Shown here: positions 48,539-59,173 of the stretch, one piece after another
Position numbering within the stretch: the stretch's first letter is position 1
Layout of the letters: each line of letters opens with the position of its first letter
DNA from: Tepidisphaerales bacterium
GTDB lineage: Bacteria > Planctomycetota > Phycisphaerae > Tepidisphaerales > Tepidisphaeraceae
Assembly: GCA_038226785.1 (NCBI GenBank)
Contig: JBBRQG010000003.1
Span: 196,583-260,582, forward strand
Direction: 5' to 3'
DNA length: 64,000 nucleotides
The notes under the pieces: generated by a model
What the model saw: the letters and a program-made list of their open reading frames with translations, nothing else
The model's database searches: none
Told to the model about the DNA's origin: nothing
Made by a program: the position numbers and the translations under genes

Positions 48539-49617
48539 TGTGCCCTCCTGGCAACGAGCCGGAAGGCGAGTTCGCGGGCCTTGGCACTTTGGAATAGGCA
48601 CAGGGCGATGACCACCAGAGCCTTGATGACCAGAGTCAACTCCGGGGCAACGCCCCGCGCGAGGATGGTCGTGGTAAGCGTTTGAATGACCAGAGCGCCG
48701 ACCGCGGAGCCGAGGAGAGAGAATCGACCCCCTGCTAGTGCCGTACCGCCGATCGCGGCCGCCAGAATCGCATCCAGTTCCAGATACTGTCCGGTGTTGC
48801 TGACGTCAGCCGCCTTGATGTCAGAGGTGACAATCAGACCGGCCACACCCGCCAGCAAAGCCGACACCACATAGCACGTGAGCTTCAGAGCCGCGGCATT
48901 AATCCCGGTGAGACGGGCAGCGATCGGATTATTGCCGACAGCTTCCACCAAAAGCCCCAGGGCGGTGCCCCGGACCAGAAGAAGCATCAGCAACACAATC
49001 GCAACTGCGATGGTGAAGGGGAAGGGCAGGCCCAGTAGGAAACCCCCACCTATAAATTCAAAGCCCGGATGTTCGAAGCTTGGGATTTGACCGTTGGTGA
49101 TGAGCTGTGCGGCTCCGCGGCCGGCGACCATCAGGATCAGCGTTGCAACGATCGGCTGGACCCGCAACCCCGCCACGAGGATGCCATTGAAAACCCCAGC
49201 CAGCAGCGCGACAGCCAGTGAAATCAGTAACACCAACGGGAGAGAGCCGTGGACATCAAACAAGTGCAGGGGCGAATCCTCCGGACGAGAGATGAGACAG
49301 GCTGCAGTCGCGCCGGCCAGCGCCATCACCGCTCCCACCGACAAATCGATACCACCGGTGGCAATAACCAGCGTCATGCCCATTGACAACACCAAGACAG
49401 GCGTGCCGCGATTGAGGATGTCGATCAGAGATCCGAACAGCCGCCCCCCTCGGACTTCGATGGAAAAGAAACCCGGTGTGAACAGGAGGTTAAAAAGCAG
49501 CAGAAGCATCAACGCCAGCACGGGCCAGACAATGGCGTGCACCTTCCATCCTGTCGCGCCGGATTTGGGTCCCGGTGCTTCTGGGGCGGGGAGAATGGAA
49601 GCCGTACCAGCGGTCAT
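48535..49617 (-). CDS. sugar ABC transporter permease (YtfT-like)
   Basis: BPD_transp_2 family multi-TM permease; 4-nt overlap with the upstream GH127 gene. Confidence 0.8.
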   Translation of the reverse strand: MTAGTASILPAPEAPGPKSGATGWKVHAIVWPVLALMLLLLFNLLFTPGFFSIEVRGGRLFGSLIDILNRGTPVLVLSMGMTLVIATGGIDLSVGAVMALAGATAACLISRPEDSPLHLFDVHGSLPLVLLISLAVALLAGVFNGILVAGLRVQPIVATLILMVAGRGAAQLITNGQIPSFEHPGFEFIGGGFLLGLPFPFTIAVAIVLLMLLLVRGTALGLLVEAVGNNPIAARLTGINAAALKLTCYVVSALLAGVAGLIVTSDIKAADVSNTGQYLELDAILAAAIGGTALAGGRFSLLGSAVGALVIQTLTTTILARGVAPELTLVIKALVVIALCLFQSAKARELAFRLVARRAQ

Positions 49618-52088
49618 TTACCGGCCCCCGCCAGTACCGCACCGTTGACCTGTGCTTCGAGGATGCCGGCTGAAAACCCTTCTTGAAGTTTGACCTCAAG
49701 CCGCAAGACGGCTGTGTGGACGGGCTGGAACGTAATCTTGTTGAAAGTGTCGGTAGCGGTGCCTGCCGTTGATGGATTGAGAACAGGCTTCCATTGCCCG
49801 CCATCTTTGTAGAGCACTTTCCACGACAACGGTGGGCGACAGCCGCCAGTGGGGCTGTCGTCGAACCAGTAAACAGAAACCGAACTTACCGCAGTGTCGG
49901 CACCTACCTCCAGCTCAATCCATTCCGTGGTGCCCTTGTGGTCCCACCATGTGAATCGGCGGATGGAACTGTCATGCGAACTTGCAGGGATTACGTCGTC
50001 GACGATCGCCAGCGGCGTATCGCCGGAGAAACAGTGCGATACGCGCGGCAACCTAGGCGGCAGTTTCCATTCCACCGCATCGGAATAGGTGGATGCCACG
50101 GGGAAAGAACTGATCCGCAGGCGAGCAGCGCCCATTGGGATGAGAGTAATCGTCTCCAGCGGCGCGTCCGTTCGCGCCGGGCTTGCCTGCATTGCGTGAA
50201 GGAGACTGTTCTCGTCCTTTGTCCACTGCGGAATCTTTCTGGCCGGCACTTCAATGCTGAGTGGGACCGTTTCGCCGGTGAACGGTTGGGCTGCAAGCGG
50301 GCCGGCCTTTCGAACGACTTTCAAATCGTTGGCCTTCTGGAGATCAAGACCATAATTGAACGGACCGGCCGCGAACACTTCAAATTCCGGCCACGCTTGG
50401 CTGCCGCCGTACTTAGCCCATTTCTCGCCCGGCGAATAGGCGAAGGCCAGCGGACCGTAGTAAATGCTCACCGACCCGCCCTGCGACTTCGGCCACGTCT
50501 TCTGAGTCACCGACATGCCCAGGTGCAGAACGACCTCATCACCGTCCTTCCAATCTTGCGTCATGCGGACATAGTTATTTTTTGAAGCATCATCTGCCGA
50601 AAAAGGGACGGGCTTTCCGTTCACGGTGGTTTGAGCAGTCCGTGCCCAAGCCGGCATTCGCAGGTAGAAGGGGAACGCGACTTGTGCGCCGCTCGGCACC
50701 GAGATTTTGAAACGGATCTCTTCCGAGAACGGATACTCCCCAGACTCGGTAATCGTCACCGTAGTCCCGGCGGCACCGACCTTGGCCGTAACTTGCGCTG
50801 CCGAGTACAGATTGGCCAGAAGGCCACCATCGGAGGTGGCTAGGAAAAGATTCTCAGCGTAGTACGGCCAGCCCATCGTGTGGTTGTGCTGGCAGCAACG
50901 GTACACCTCGCTGGGGCTATAGGACAACATGGTGCCACCGTTGTCGATGCCGGGGGCCTTGTTGTTCTGATCGAGCTGAACCATGTTGGCAGAGGTCAGG
51001 TAGTGAAGCGCTTTCAGGTCCGGCGTAAGTGCTGCCGGAAGGGTGTTGAAGGCCAGTTCTTCGCACCGGTCCGCCCAGTCAGCGTCGCCGGTGATCAGAG
51101 TGAGCTGCTCGAAGCTGCTCATGTACTCGACGACCCCGCAGGTTTCGAAGCCTTGCCGTGCGTCGGTGTAATCAGGGCGCGTGTTTTCGTCAGCAGCGAA
51201 GCCGCCACCTGGAAACTGCCCGTACTTGGCCATCATCTTGCTGTAGTTGGCATAGGTCGCCGCGCGATCTGCAGGGGCATGCGATTGGACGAAGTATTGG
51301 GCCGGCTCGCGGAAGCCCTGTGCGAAATTGACATTGTGCCCATTGATGATGCCTGTGGACCACTTGGCCGAGTTCTCGTGCATCTTCTTTGCCAGCTCCA
51401 GCAGGTATGCGTCCCCGGTTCGGTTGTAGAGCCAGTGAACCGAACCGAGACAATCGCCCCAGCGCAGGGCTGGCCAATAACCCAGCGAAAAGGTGTCGGG
51501 TGGCTGCTGATTCAGCCACTTGAAATAGTTGGTCATAAACGCGAGCACACGAGGATCGTTCGAGTACTCGTGCCACGATTGCATTGCATTCAGGATCGGC
51601 ATGTGCGGCCAAAGATCAGGCCGACCGTTGAGTGACGTCTTCAAGCCGTTCGGACCGAACCAACCATCGGGCTGCTGCGTGGTAATGATGGCATCGATCC
51701 AGCGCTTGGATCTTGCGTTGATGCTGTCATCTTGCAGAACGTAGCCGAGGTCGCCAAAACCCTTGAGCCAGTAAGGAAGCTCCTCCCATCCGTCTTTGCC
51801 AGCGGGGTTCGTCCAGCCGTTGCCCTGAAACTGAACGAACCGCGAAACCTCTTCAAGATGCCCCCCCATGCCAGCCGCTTCAAGCTCCAGTTGATGCAGC
51901 AACCACCCCTGCGGCCGGATGGAACCAATGGGGAGTTTTTGCAGTGGGGTAGCAACAAGGGGCGCGCGATTCTGGAGGTAGTGGCCGCTTCCCTCGGTCG
52001 GGAGGGTGCTCACAAGACTTACTTCCTGGGACCGTGCCACTGCGGAAGCAAGAAGTACGGTCGAAAAGAAGGCGGTGGTTGACTTCAT
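49614..52088 (-). CDS. glycoside hydrolase family 127-like (DUF1680; beta-L-arabinofuranosidase family) with C-terminal discoidin-like domain
   Basis: Signal peptide; FETCG (Glu-x-Cys) and RCCQHNH (Cys-Cys) 83 residues apart, matching HypBA1 Glu338/Cys340 and Cys417/Cys418 (79 apart); C-terminal beta-sandwich. Confidence 0.7.
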   Translation of the reverse strand: MKSTTAFFSTVLLASAVARSQEVSLVSTLPTEGSGHYLQNRAPLVATPLQKLPIGSIRPQGWLLHQLELEAAGMGGHLEEVSRFVQFQGNGWTNPAGKDGWEELPYWLKGFGDLGYVLQDDSINARSKRWIDAIITTQQPDGWFGPNGLKTSLNGRPDLWPHMPILNAMQSWHEYSNDPRVLAFMTNYFKWLNQQPPDTFSLGYWPALRWGDCLGSVHWLYNRTGDAYLLELAKKMHENSAKWSTGIINGHNVNFAQGFREPAQYFVQSHAPADRAATYANYSKMMAKYGQFPGGGFAADENTRPDYTDARQGFETCGVVEYMSSFEQLTLITGDADWADRCEELAFNTLPAALTPDLKALHYLTSANMVQLDQNNKAPGIDNGGTMLSYSPSEVYRCCQHNHTMGWPYYAENLFLATSDGGLLANLYSAAQVTAKVGAAGTTVTITESGEYPFSEEIRFKISVPSGAQVAFPFYLRMPAWARTAQTTVNGKPVPFSADDASKNNYVRMTQDWKDGDEVVLHLGMSVTQKTWPKSQGGSVSIYYGPLAFAYSPGEKWAKYGGSQAWPEFEVFAAGPFNYGLDLQKANDLKVVRKAGPLAAQPFTGETVPLSIEVPARKIPQWTKDENSLLHAMQASPARTDAPLETITLIPMGAARLRISSFPVASTYSDAVEWKLPPRLPRVSHCFSGDTPLAIVDDVIPASSHDSSIRRFTWWDHKGTTEWIELEVGADTAVSSVSVYWFDDSPTGGCRPPLSWKVLYKDGGQWKPVLNPSTAGTATDTFNKITFQPVHTAVLRLEVKLQEGFSAGILEAQVNGAVLAGAGK

Positions 52089-53623
52089 AAGCTGGAATCC
52101 GGTGGGGAGGCAATGGTGGACATGATGGCGTTCTCGGTGATGCTGGACCCGTTGAGTTCGCCAACCACTTTTCGGTCACGGAGCACGAGAACCCGGCTAC
52201 AGGACCGTATAAGTTCATCAAGTTCCGCGCTGATCAACAACAACGACATCCCCTTGTCACAAAGCTTTCGCATCAGGCCGAAGATTTCGAACTTCGCACC
52301 GACATCGATGCCACGCGTCGGCTCATCTAAAATCAGGAGCGTGGGGTCGGTCGCCAGCCAGCGTGACAAAAGCACCTTCTGCTGGTTACCCCCGGAAAGA
52401 AACTTGATTGGCTTTTCTGCATCGCTCGTTCGAATGCTCAGTGCTGCGATGTAGTGCGCGGCGAGCTGTCGCTGATCGCGAACGCTGAGACGCTTCAGCC
52501 AACCGCGCCGTGCCTGTACTGCAATTGTCAGATTCTCCCGAACAGAAAGGTCTGGGAAAATGCCTTCGGCCTTGCGGTCCTCGGAGGTGAAGGCGATGCC
52601 TTTTGCGATGGCCGCACGGGGCGACGAGAGCTTCACCGCGACACCCTTTACAGCCACATTGCCAGATGTGGCACGGTCGGCACCGAACAGCAGCCTCACC
52701 AGTTCAGTGCGTCCCGATCCAAGCAGCCCAGCAATACCCGTGACTTGATGCTGCAGCAGCTCCAGATCAAAGGGCGCAATCGCACCGGTTCGCCCGAGCG
52801 ACCTAGCAGAAATGCAAACCGCCCCCAACTTGCCCACCCCCACGGAATCGCCCTTTGCAGGTTGCCCAGCCTCCCGTGCCGACACTTCTGAGGCATCGCG
52901 GCCGATCATCCGACTGATCAACTCCAGCCGGGGCAGAACAGAGACATTATACGTACCCACCAGACGGCCGTTGCGCAGAACCGTGACACGATCGGACACC
53001 TCGTATAGCTGGTCCAGAAAGTGAGTCACAAAGATGATGCAAATGCCATCAGCGCGAAGCCGACGCATGGCCGAGAAGAGCTGTTCAACTTCGCGCATGT
53101 CGAGGCTAGATGTTGGCTCATCGAGAACAAGCACTTTCGACTGGCAATCGACCGCGCGGGCAATAGCGACCATCTGCTGAATGGCAGTGGAATAACTCTG
53201 TAGCGGCTGCGTGACATCCACATGAACGTCCAGCCGGGCCAGCGCATCGGCCGCATGGCGATGCATGCGGCTCCAGTTGATTCCCCCCCAGCCGCCAAGT
53301 CGCAGGGGAAACCGCCCCAGGAACAAGTTTTCAGCCACGCTTAGGGCAGGTACGAGGTTTACCTCCTGATATACCGTCGAAATGCCGAGCTTTTGTGCAT
53401 GGAGGGGCGACGTCGGATGGACCGGTTGGCCCTGCAGAAACAGCTCGCCGCTGTCTCGCGGATAGACGCCGGTCAGTACCTTGATGAGTGTGGACTTCCC
53501 TGCGCCGTTTTCGCCCATCAGTGCATGGATCTCACCGGCCCGCGCGGAGAAATCCACACCGTCCAGCGCAAGGACGCCGGAGAAGCGTTTGGAAAGACCG
53601 ACACTGGAAAGCAGATCTGACAT
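52085..53623 (-). CDS. sugar ABC transporter ATP-binding protein, duplicated ATPase (YtfR-like)
   Basis: Two NBDs each with Walker A (GENGAGKST; GLLGSGRT), LSGGNQQK signature and Walker B. Confidence 0.85.
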   Translation of the reverse strand: MSDLLSSVGLSKRFSGVLALDGVDFSARAGEIHALMGENGAGKSTLIKVLTGVYPRDSGELFLQGQPVHPTSPLHAQKLGISTVYQEVNLVPALSVAENLFLGRFPLRLGGWGGINWSRMHRHAADALARLDVHVDVTQPLQSYSTAIQQMVAIARAVDCQSKVLVLDEPTSSLDMREVEQLFSAMRRLRADGICIIFVTHFLDQLYEVSDRVTVLRNGRLVGTYNVSVLPRLELISRMIGRDASEVSAREAGQPAKGDSVGVGKLGAVCISARSLGRTGAIAPFDLELLQHQVTGIAGLLGSGRTELVRLLFGADRATSGNVAVKGVAVKLSSPRAAIAKGIAFTSEDRKAEGIFPDLSVRENLTIAVQARRGWLKRLSVRDQRQLAAHYIAALSIRTSDAEKPIKFLSGGNQQKVLLSRWLATDPTLLILDEPTRGIDVGAKFEIFGLMRKLCDKGMSLLLISAELDELIRSCSRVLVLRDRKVVGELNGSSITENAIMSTIASPPDSSL

Positions 53624-53639
53624 GAGCTTTTCTTACAAA

Positions 53640-54800
53640 TCAGCCGATGACTCGTTGAACAGTCCAGAACAAGCCCACGCCGGCAATCGCCACGGACGCC
53701 GGACGGACGATCGCCATGCGGTACCACGTCAGGTTCCTGGCCCAACCCACCACTAAAAACGCCGCCGCGATCACCGCGAGCTGCCCGAGTTCCACACCAA
53801 TGTTGAAGGACACCACAGCGGGCACAAAGTCCGACCGTGGGAGACCAAGGCCATTGAGCACGCTGGCAAACCCGAGACCGTGCACGAGACCAAACACAAA
53901 GACGACGGCCGGTCGCCATGGCGACAGCCTGTTGGTCCAGAGATTCTCGACAGCGACGAAGGCAATGGAAAGAGCAATGACCGGCTCCACAACTGCCGCA
54001 GGTGCCCTTACGAGACCAAACATGGCCAGCCCCAACGTGAGGGAATGGGCCACCGTAAAGCACGTCACCTGCATGAGTAGCGGCTTGATCTTCGGACTGA
54101 GCAAAAAAAGCCCGAGTACGAATAAAATGTGATCAAGTCCTTCAGGCACAATGTGTTCAAAACCCAGCAGGACGTATTGAGACATGATCCGCCAGAGCGA
54201 AGGGCCTGTTGCCCCTTCAAGTCGTGCACTGGTCATCGTGACTGCGATTACTGAACTGTCGGCGCCTGACTTCAGTGGGATCGCCAGCGGCTCATACCCT
54301 TCCCGCTCTACCGTCAATATCACGGTGCCCAAAAGTTCCGACGCCTGGAACTGAACCTCAGTCGTGCCCGGAGGGAGTTGGGTTGTAATTTCGCCTTCGA
54401 GCACCAGCGGCAGTCGAGTTCCCTCGGGTACCTTTGCGGCCTTCAAAATCGTCGCGGTGTCAGGAAATCGCGTTACCTTGCCTGCCTGTGGCTGGCCGTT
54501 GACAACGACCCGCAAGGCTCCTGCAAACCGATGCCTCGCGGCCAACGTCTTTTTTTGCAGCACCTCTTCCGCCCCATCAAGCAGCCCATACATCTGTGGA
54601 GGCGTAACGCGAGACGGAGAATCATTGAGCAGGTATGAGGGGACATCAAACGAAACGGATATGTCGACCAGTCCATTGGGATGAACTGTTGCGGTACCCG
54701 ATGTCACATGCCCGGGGTGTGCGGTCGCCGTTGGGGCTAGCAGTAACACGCAAGCCAGCCCCATGAGCAACAGCCGAAAATGGTAAGCCACCAGACTCAT
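53640..54800 (-). CDS. HupE/UreJ family membrane protein with N-terminal periplasmic domain
   Basis: Signal peptide + ~180-aa periplasmic beta-rich domain, then GFEHIVPEGLDHILFVLGLF (HupE GxxHPxxGxDH-like) and HGLGFASV motifs in a 6-TM core. Confidence 0.6.
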   Translation of the reverse strand: MSLVAYHFRLLLMGLACVLLLAPTATAHPGHVTSGTATVHPNGLVDISVSFDVPSYLLNDSPSRVTPPQMYGLLDGAEEVLQKKTLAARHRFAGALRVVVNGQPQAGKVTRFPDTATILKAAKVPEGTRLPLVLEGEITTQLPPGTTEVQFQASELLGTVILTVEREGYEPLAIPLKSGADSSVIAVTMTSARLEGATGPSLWRIMSQYVLLGFEHIVPEGLDHILFVLGLFLLSPKIKPLLMQVTCFTVAHSLTLGLAMFGLVRAPAAVVEPVIALSIAFVAVENLWTNRLSPWRPAVVFVFGLVHGLGFASVLNGLGLPRSDFVPAVVSFNIGVELGQLAVIAAAFLVVGWARNLTWYRMAIVRPASVAIAGVGLFWTVQRVIG

Positions 54801-57800
54801 GGCTTGGGCATACCTTCGGCGTGCAGCAGTTTGACCGCTTCAGAGGAGAGACCCTCATTCCAGATGGTGAACTTTCGCAGTTCACCCTTGAAACGCACCG
54901 AGTGTTCCCAGACGTCCGTCGGTGCGATGTTCACAATACTTTCGTCTGCGGGCAGTTGCGCCTCACGCTGACCGATCAGGCGGCCATCGCTGTAAAGCCG
55001 CATGACTTTCCCGTCATAGGTCGTGGTCAGCATCTGCCAAGCATTTTTAGTGTACCGCTCGGAGCTTTCCACGTCGGTGTTGCTGGTCCAGTGGTGGACG
55101 CCGTTGGAAAACTTGGTCATGTACCGACCTTGGCCGGTTTTATCGGCCATGTTGCCGAACCCGGCGATCATCGTCCGCGTCTCCGGCTCTTCACTCATCT
55201 TGACGAACATGTTCATGGTCCACGGCTGATTAGCCTTGACCGGCAGGCCGTCAGGCCTGAGCTCCAGCCCGCTCTTTCCGTCGGCGACATAATTCTCGAG
55301 CGTATAAACTGGGGCGTTTGTCGCTATCGCGAATGTCGCGTCGGCCATGGTGTTGCCTGCCGGTGAGAGATCCTTGACCCCTTTGACACGCAGCCCGCTG
55401 ACGGTTCCCGATAGCACCAAAGTCACCCCCAAGCCGTCGGCATCCAGCTTGGCTGACACAACTGCACCGCCGGTCGCGGTGTAGTTGGCCACACTCTCTG
55501 CTGTGGCCTGATCGACGGGCTCGGAAAACGACAGGTGCGCCATGTTGAAGACCGCTGTAGCCGCGGTCACTTTCGGTGCCGTCCGATCGTTGACGGTGAT
55601 CCGTAGTGTCGCCACCGGACCGCCGACCCCCGCAGCATCGAACGCCCGGGCACTGACCGTCTTGCTGTCACTCAGCACGATGGGTGCCGTATAAGCCAGC
55701 GATGTCGAAGTTGGCTGTGTGCCATCCGTCGTATAACGCACTGACCCCGGCCGGTGATAAAGCGGCAAGCTGATGGCCACCAATCTGGTGTCCGACGCTT
55801 CGCCCATCGGGGCCATGATTCCAGGCATGTCCTGCTGGCGGTCTGCAAGGGTGTCAAAGACGGGGGCGGCCGGCTGAACAGGCTGGTACCCACCGACAAC
55901 GCCGGACATGGCGAGAATCTTCACGCGAGGGTCGTTCGGGAGCGTAACCGAGCTGGCCCCCTTTGGAATCTTCAGTTCGTACGCGAAAATATAGCTGTAG
56001 TGATAGAACTCATTACCTTTCGCTGGGTTGTGAAGGTGTGAGCAGTACCATGCCACCTCGGCCGGCTTCACATAACCGGGCTCAAGGCCCACAAGCGGGT
56101 TGCTCCAGCTAAACGCCAACTCGGGAACCGTTCCACCCCACAGCCGATTGTCGTACTGACCGATATAGCCCGACCAACTTTGAATACGCACTGTTGTCTG
56201 CGTGCCGGAAGCATCGAACGTGGCATCCACATCACCATCGGAGGAAGCTGCCAGCACGTAAAGACGATCGACCTGATTGGAAGGTAGCGATACCATTTGT
56301 CCGCGAGCTGCTATCGCATTCAGTTGACCATCGCCCGACGGCCCCATCGCAAACGTCACACCGCCGGACGATATGGATTTTGCGAACTGCTCGGCTGGAT
56401 AGGACTTGCCAGCCGAATCCATCGCCCCGTCCTTCGGGTTGGCCGTTGAACTGACCACATCCGTATCAAACGGAAGGGTTACAGGAACACTTCGCCCGTC
56501 GGTCGAAGACCGGGGTGCGCCGTCGGCTGTGCCCGCAGGTTGACTCAGGGGTGTCGATATCTCGAAGGCTTTCAGACCGAATCCGGGCATGTCTGTGACG
56601 AGCTGACCCCCGTCTACAATGGTTTCAGCCCCGGCAACTTCCCGTTCCTGCCCATCAACCTGACGTGCCGCAGCGATGCCGCCAATGTCTTTGGCAGACA
56701 CACGGATGCCGGTGACCGGTTTACCCGTCAGTTCACGAAGCCGCACGATGACTCCGCCGCCCTCCTCCGTCTTCTTGATGGCGGAAATGGCCACTTCCGC
56801 ACCGCTGACTTGAAACAGCGAGAGGGACTTGCGATTGCCCTCATGGACATCCACGTGAAAAGCCATCAGCGGCTGATTCAACCGAGCAGCAGCCCATGCT
56901 GTTTTTCCGTCGCGCCAGTCGCCGTTGTGGCCGGATATCGCGTAGAGCATTTCGTGCCGCCCGAAGTCCTGACTGCCCTGATCCTGGTACTCCCCGCGGA
57001 CACCCGGCGTGTAAAGCAGCGTCAATCGCAACAGATTGTCGGAAGGCTTGTCCGACCCGAACTTGGAATCATTTAAGATGGAGACGCCATAGGCACCTGC
57101 ACTGTCCGTCAGATCGAACCACTTGTGGGCCGGCACTTCGTACTTTTTGGCGTCATTGTTGCCACGTTCAATCGCCCCGACCTGCAGGTCGTAGGTTGCG
57201 TTTGGGTTGCTGACGGCGAGCGGAAACTCCTGCTTCAACGCCGACTCCTTTGTACGCCAGTCGATTGTCGTGGCATATTCGACACGGTCGCCCGCCGCTC
57301 CGGCCGCCAGCCGAATCTGCTGTACAAACTTCGACCCCTCTGACTCGCGCTCGACTTCCAGCGTGACACGTACCGGTCCGGTCTCAACAATTTGCACTTT
57401 GGCAGGGCCTGTTACCGCAGCCCGAGGAGGCTTCTTTTGATCGGCCCAGTCCATATTCCATGCCGGGAAGTCCTGAGGCTTTTCGTATTGAAACACCAAT
57501 CGGGCGGGTGCCGAAAGCAGTTCCTTGTCGCCATTTACCTTGTCGATGATTGAGGCCACATCACCGGCCGGATTCAATGTCACTTTATAACGGCCGTTTT
57601 CCAGAGACTTCTCGTCGACTCTGAGTGGGACGGCACCGGTGGCAGAGACAGCATTAACGACCGGCCGGACATCAAATGTCGCGAAGCCGACCGACGGTAG
57701 CTTAGCGAGGAAAAGAATCTTGGTTTTGGCACCGGCGGTTCCGACCACCTGTGTGGGCACCGCTATCCCGTCTGGTCCAAAGACCGTCACCGCGTCCGGA

Positions 57801-59173
57801 GTGCCCTTTGGAAATGCAACGCTCGCCTCCACAACATCTTCGCGTTCGATCGATAGCGGATTGTAGACCACAAGGGGGACACCGGTTGCCCTGGTATCGA
57901 GGGTTGATGCCACCGCGCCGACTCCCTGCTTCAGTACAGTCTGAAACTCATTGGCCGCGAGTAGCTCATCGTTCCATGAATACTCGTAAGCCTTGGGGAG
58001 CGAAGTCCCCGGCAAAATGTCATGCATCTGCGAACCCAGCACCAGATCCCACGCTTGGTAAATCGCGGCCGAAGGATAGTCCGAATGTGCCAGCCACATG
58101 GCACCGACACTGGCGCGCTCTGCCGAATCGGCAAGCAGTTCGTTCTTGCGGTTCCATCGCTTCATATACGCCTGCGAAGTAATGGAGCCTGACGAGTGTT
58201 CTGTCAGCAGCAACTCACCCTTGTAACGTGGCAGTCCCTTCTCCATGGCCGGTGATATGGCGCGAAATAACCAGTCGGCCGGTCCGGATATGACGCGGAG
58301 GAGTCCCCCGGAGGTCATGATGCTTTCCTCAACCTTCTTTACCGACTCTTCGTTGGGGGCGCCACCGCGATCGCCAGTACCGAAATAGTGATAGTCGGCA
58401 TAAATGCCCGACTTCTCACCGTTGTTGGCCACCCGCTTCGACCAACCCGGACTGTTGGCAAGATTCTCCTTCACAGTGCCTGAGTAAGCGCCTGGATCCA
58501 GCGCGGCCATCACCGAAGACCCGTCCACGCCTTCCCACACGCCGACCTTGAACGGAATGCCAACAGCAGAGCCCCACGTCAACTTTTGAGTTGAGAATCC
58601 CCGGATCCCGCAATGAGCCAGCATCGTGGGCAGGGCGGCAGGAAAGCCGAAACAATCGGGCAACATGAACTCTGTGCTGGCCATGCCGAACTCGGAGCGA
58701 AAGTAGCGATTGCCATAAAGAACATGGCGAATGAACGATTCTGCCGACGGCACATTTGCGTCATTCTCATCCATGCTCGATCCGCACGGAAACCACTTGC
58801 CCGCCGCCACATACTGCTTCAGGCGGGCATAATCCTCCGGGTAGTACTCGCGCATCATTTCATAGCGCCGGGCACCGGAAAAATTGAAGACGTAATGCGG
58901 ATATTTCTCGAAAAGCGCGAAGTTATCCCGCAGCGTCGCTGGGATGTATTCACGAATGACCTGTGGATAGGCCCATCGCCACTGCGTATCGAGGTGGGCA
59001 TAGCCGACAACGTACAGAACGTGTTCCTTCGAAAGATCCACCGCAGGTAGGGACGGGGCCTTACTCGTATCAACCGATGGGCGTGTCGCTTGCGCAAAAA
59101 TGCTTGATGCAGTCACCGTAATCGCGGCGATGAAACTCACAACACCGAAATGCCGCCCGCACACCTTTTTCAT
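54797..59173 (-). CDS. secreted GH38 alpha-mannosidase fused to additional beta-sandwich and C-terminal LamG/concanavalin-like domains
   Basis: Signal peptide; N-terminal GH38 core (VVGYAHLDTQWRW..); GH38 central/C-terminal beta domains; extra Ig/FN3-like modules; C-terminal ~200-aa LamG-like jelly roll. Confidence 0.8.
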   Translation of the reverse strand: MKKVCGRHFGVVSFIAAITVTASSIFAQATRPSVDTSKAPSLPAVDLSKEHVLYVVGYAHLDTQWRWAYPQVIREYIPATLRDNFALFEKYPHYVFNFSGARRYEMMREYYPEDYARLKQYVAAGKWFPCGSSMDENDANVPSAESFIRHVLYGNRYFRSEFGMASTEFMLPDCFGFPAALPTMLAHCGIRGFSTQKLTWGSAVGIPFKVGVWEGVDGSSVMAALDPGAYSGTVKENLANSPGWSKRVANNGEKSGIYADYHYFGTGDRGGAPNEESVKKVEESIMTSGGLLRVISGPADWLFRAISPAMEKGLPRYKGELLLTEHSSGSITSQAYMKRWNRKNELLADSAERASVGAMWLAHSDYPSAAIYQAWDLVLGSQMHDILPGTSLPKAYEYSWNDELLAANEFQTVLKQGVGAVASTLDTRATGVPLVVYNPLSIEREDVVEASVAFPKGTPDAVTVFGPDGIAVPTQVVGTAGAKTKILFLAKLPSVGFATFDVRPVVNAVSATGAVPLRVDEKSLENGRYKVTLNPAGDVASIIDKVNGDKELLSAPARLVFQYEKPQDFPAWNMDWADQKKPPRAAVTGPAKVQIVETGPVRVTLEVERESEGSKFVQQIRLAAGAAGDRVEYATTIDWRTKESALKQEFPLAVSNPNATYDLQVGAIERGNNDAKKYEVPAHKWFDLTDSAGAYGVSILNDSKFGSDKPSDNLLRLTLLYTPGVRGEYQDQGSQDFGRHEMLYAISGHNGDWRDGKTAWAAARLNQPLMAFHVDVHEGNRKSLSLFQVSGAEVAISAIKKTEEGGGVIVRLRELTGKPVTGIRVSAKDIGGIAAARQVDGQEREVAGAETIVDGGQLVTDMPGFGLKAFEISTPLSQPAGTADGAPRSSTDGRSVPVTLPFDTDVVSSTANPKDGAMDSAGKSYPAEQFAKSISSGGVTFAMGPSGDGQLNAIAARGQMVSLPSNQVDRLYVLAASSDGDVDATFDASGTQTTVRIQSWSGYIGQYDNRLWGGTVPELAFSWSNPLVGLEPGYVKPAEVAWYCSHLHNPAKGNEFYHYSYIFAYELKIPKGASSVTLPNDPRVKILAMSGVVGGYQPVQPAAPVFDTLADRQQDMPGIMAPMGEASDTRLVAISLPLYHRPGSVRYTTDGTQPTSTSLAYTAPIVLSDSKTVSARAFDAAGVGGPVATLRITVNDRTAPKVTAATAVFNMAHLSFSEPVDQATAESVANYTATGGAVVSAKLDADGLGVTLVLSGTVSGLRVKGVKDLSPAGNTMADATFAIATNAPVYTLENYVADGKSGLELRPDGLPVKANQPWTMNMFVKMSEEPETRTMIAGFGNMADKTGQGRYMTKFSNGVHHWTSNTDVESSERYTKNAWQMLTTTYDGKVMRLYSDGRLIGQREAQLPADESIVNIAPTDVWEHSVRFKGELRKFTIWNEGLSSEAVKLLHAEGMPKP

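Noticed and set aside
54797-59173. Assigning the GH38 as a cytoplasmic MngB-type mannosyl-glycerate hydrolase
   Set aside because: Clear N-terminal signal peptide, 1458 aa and LamG-like modules indicate an extracellular enzyme; the mngAB analogy is retained only as context.
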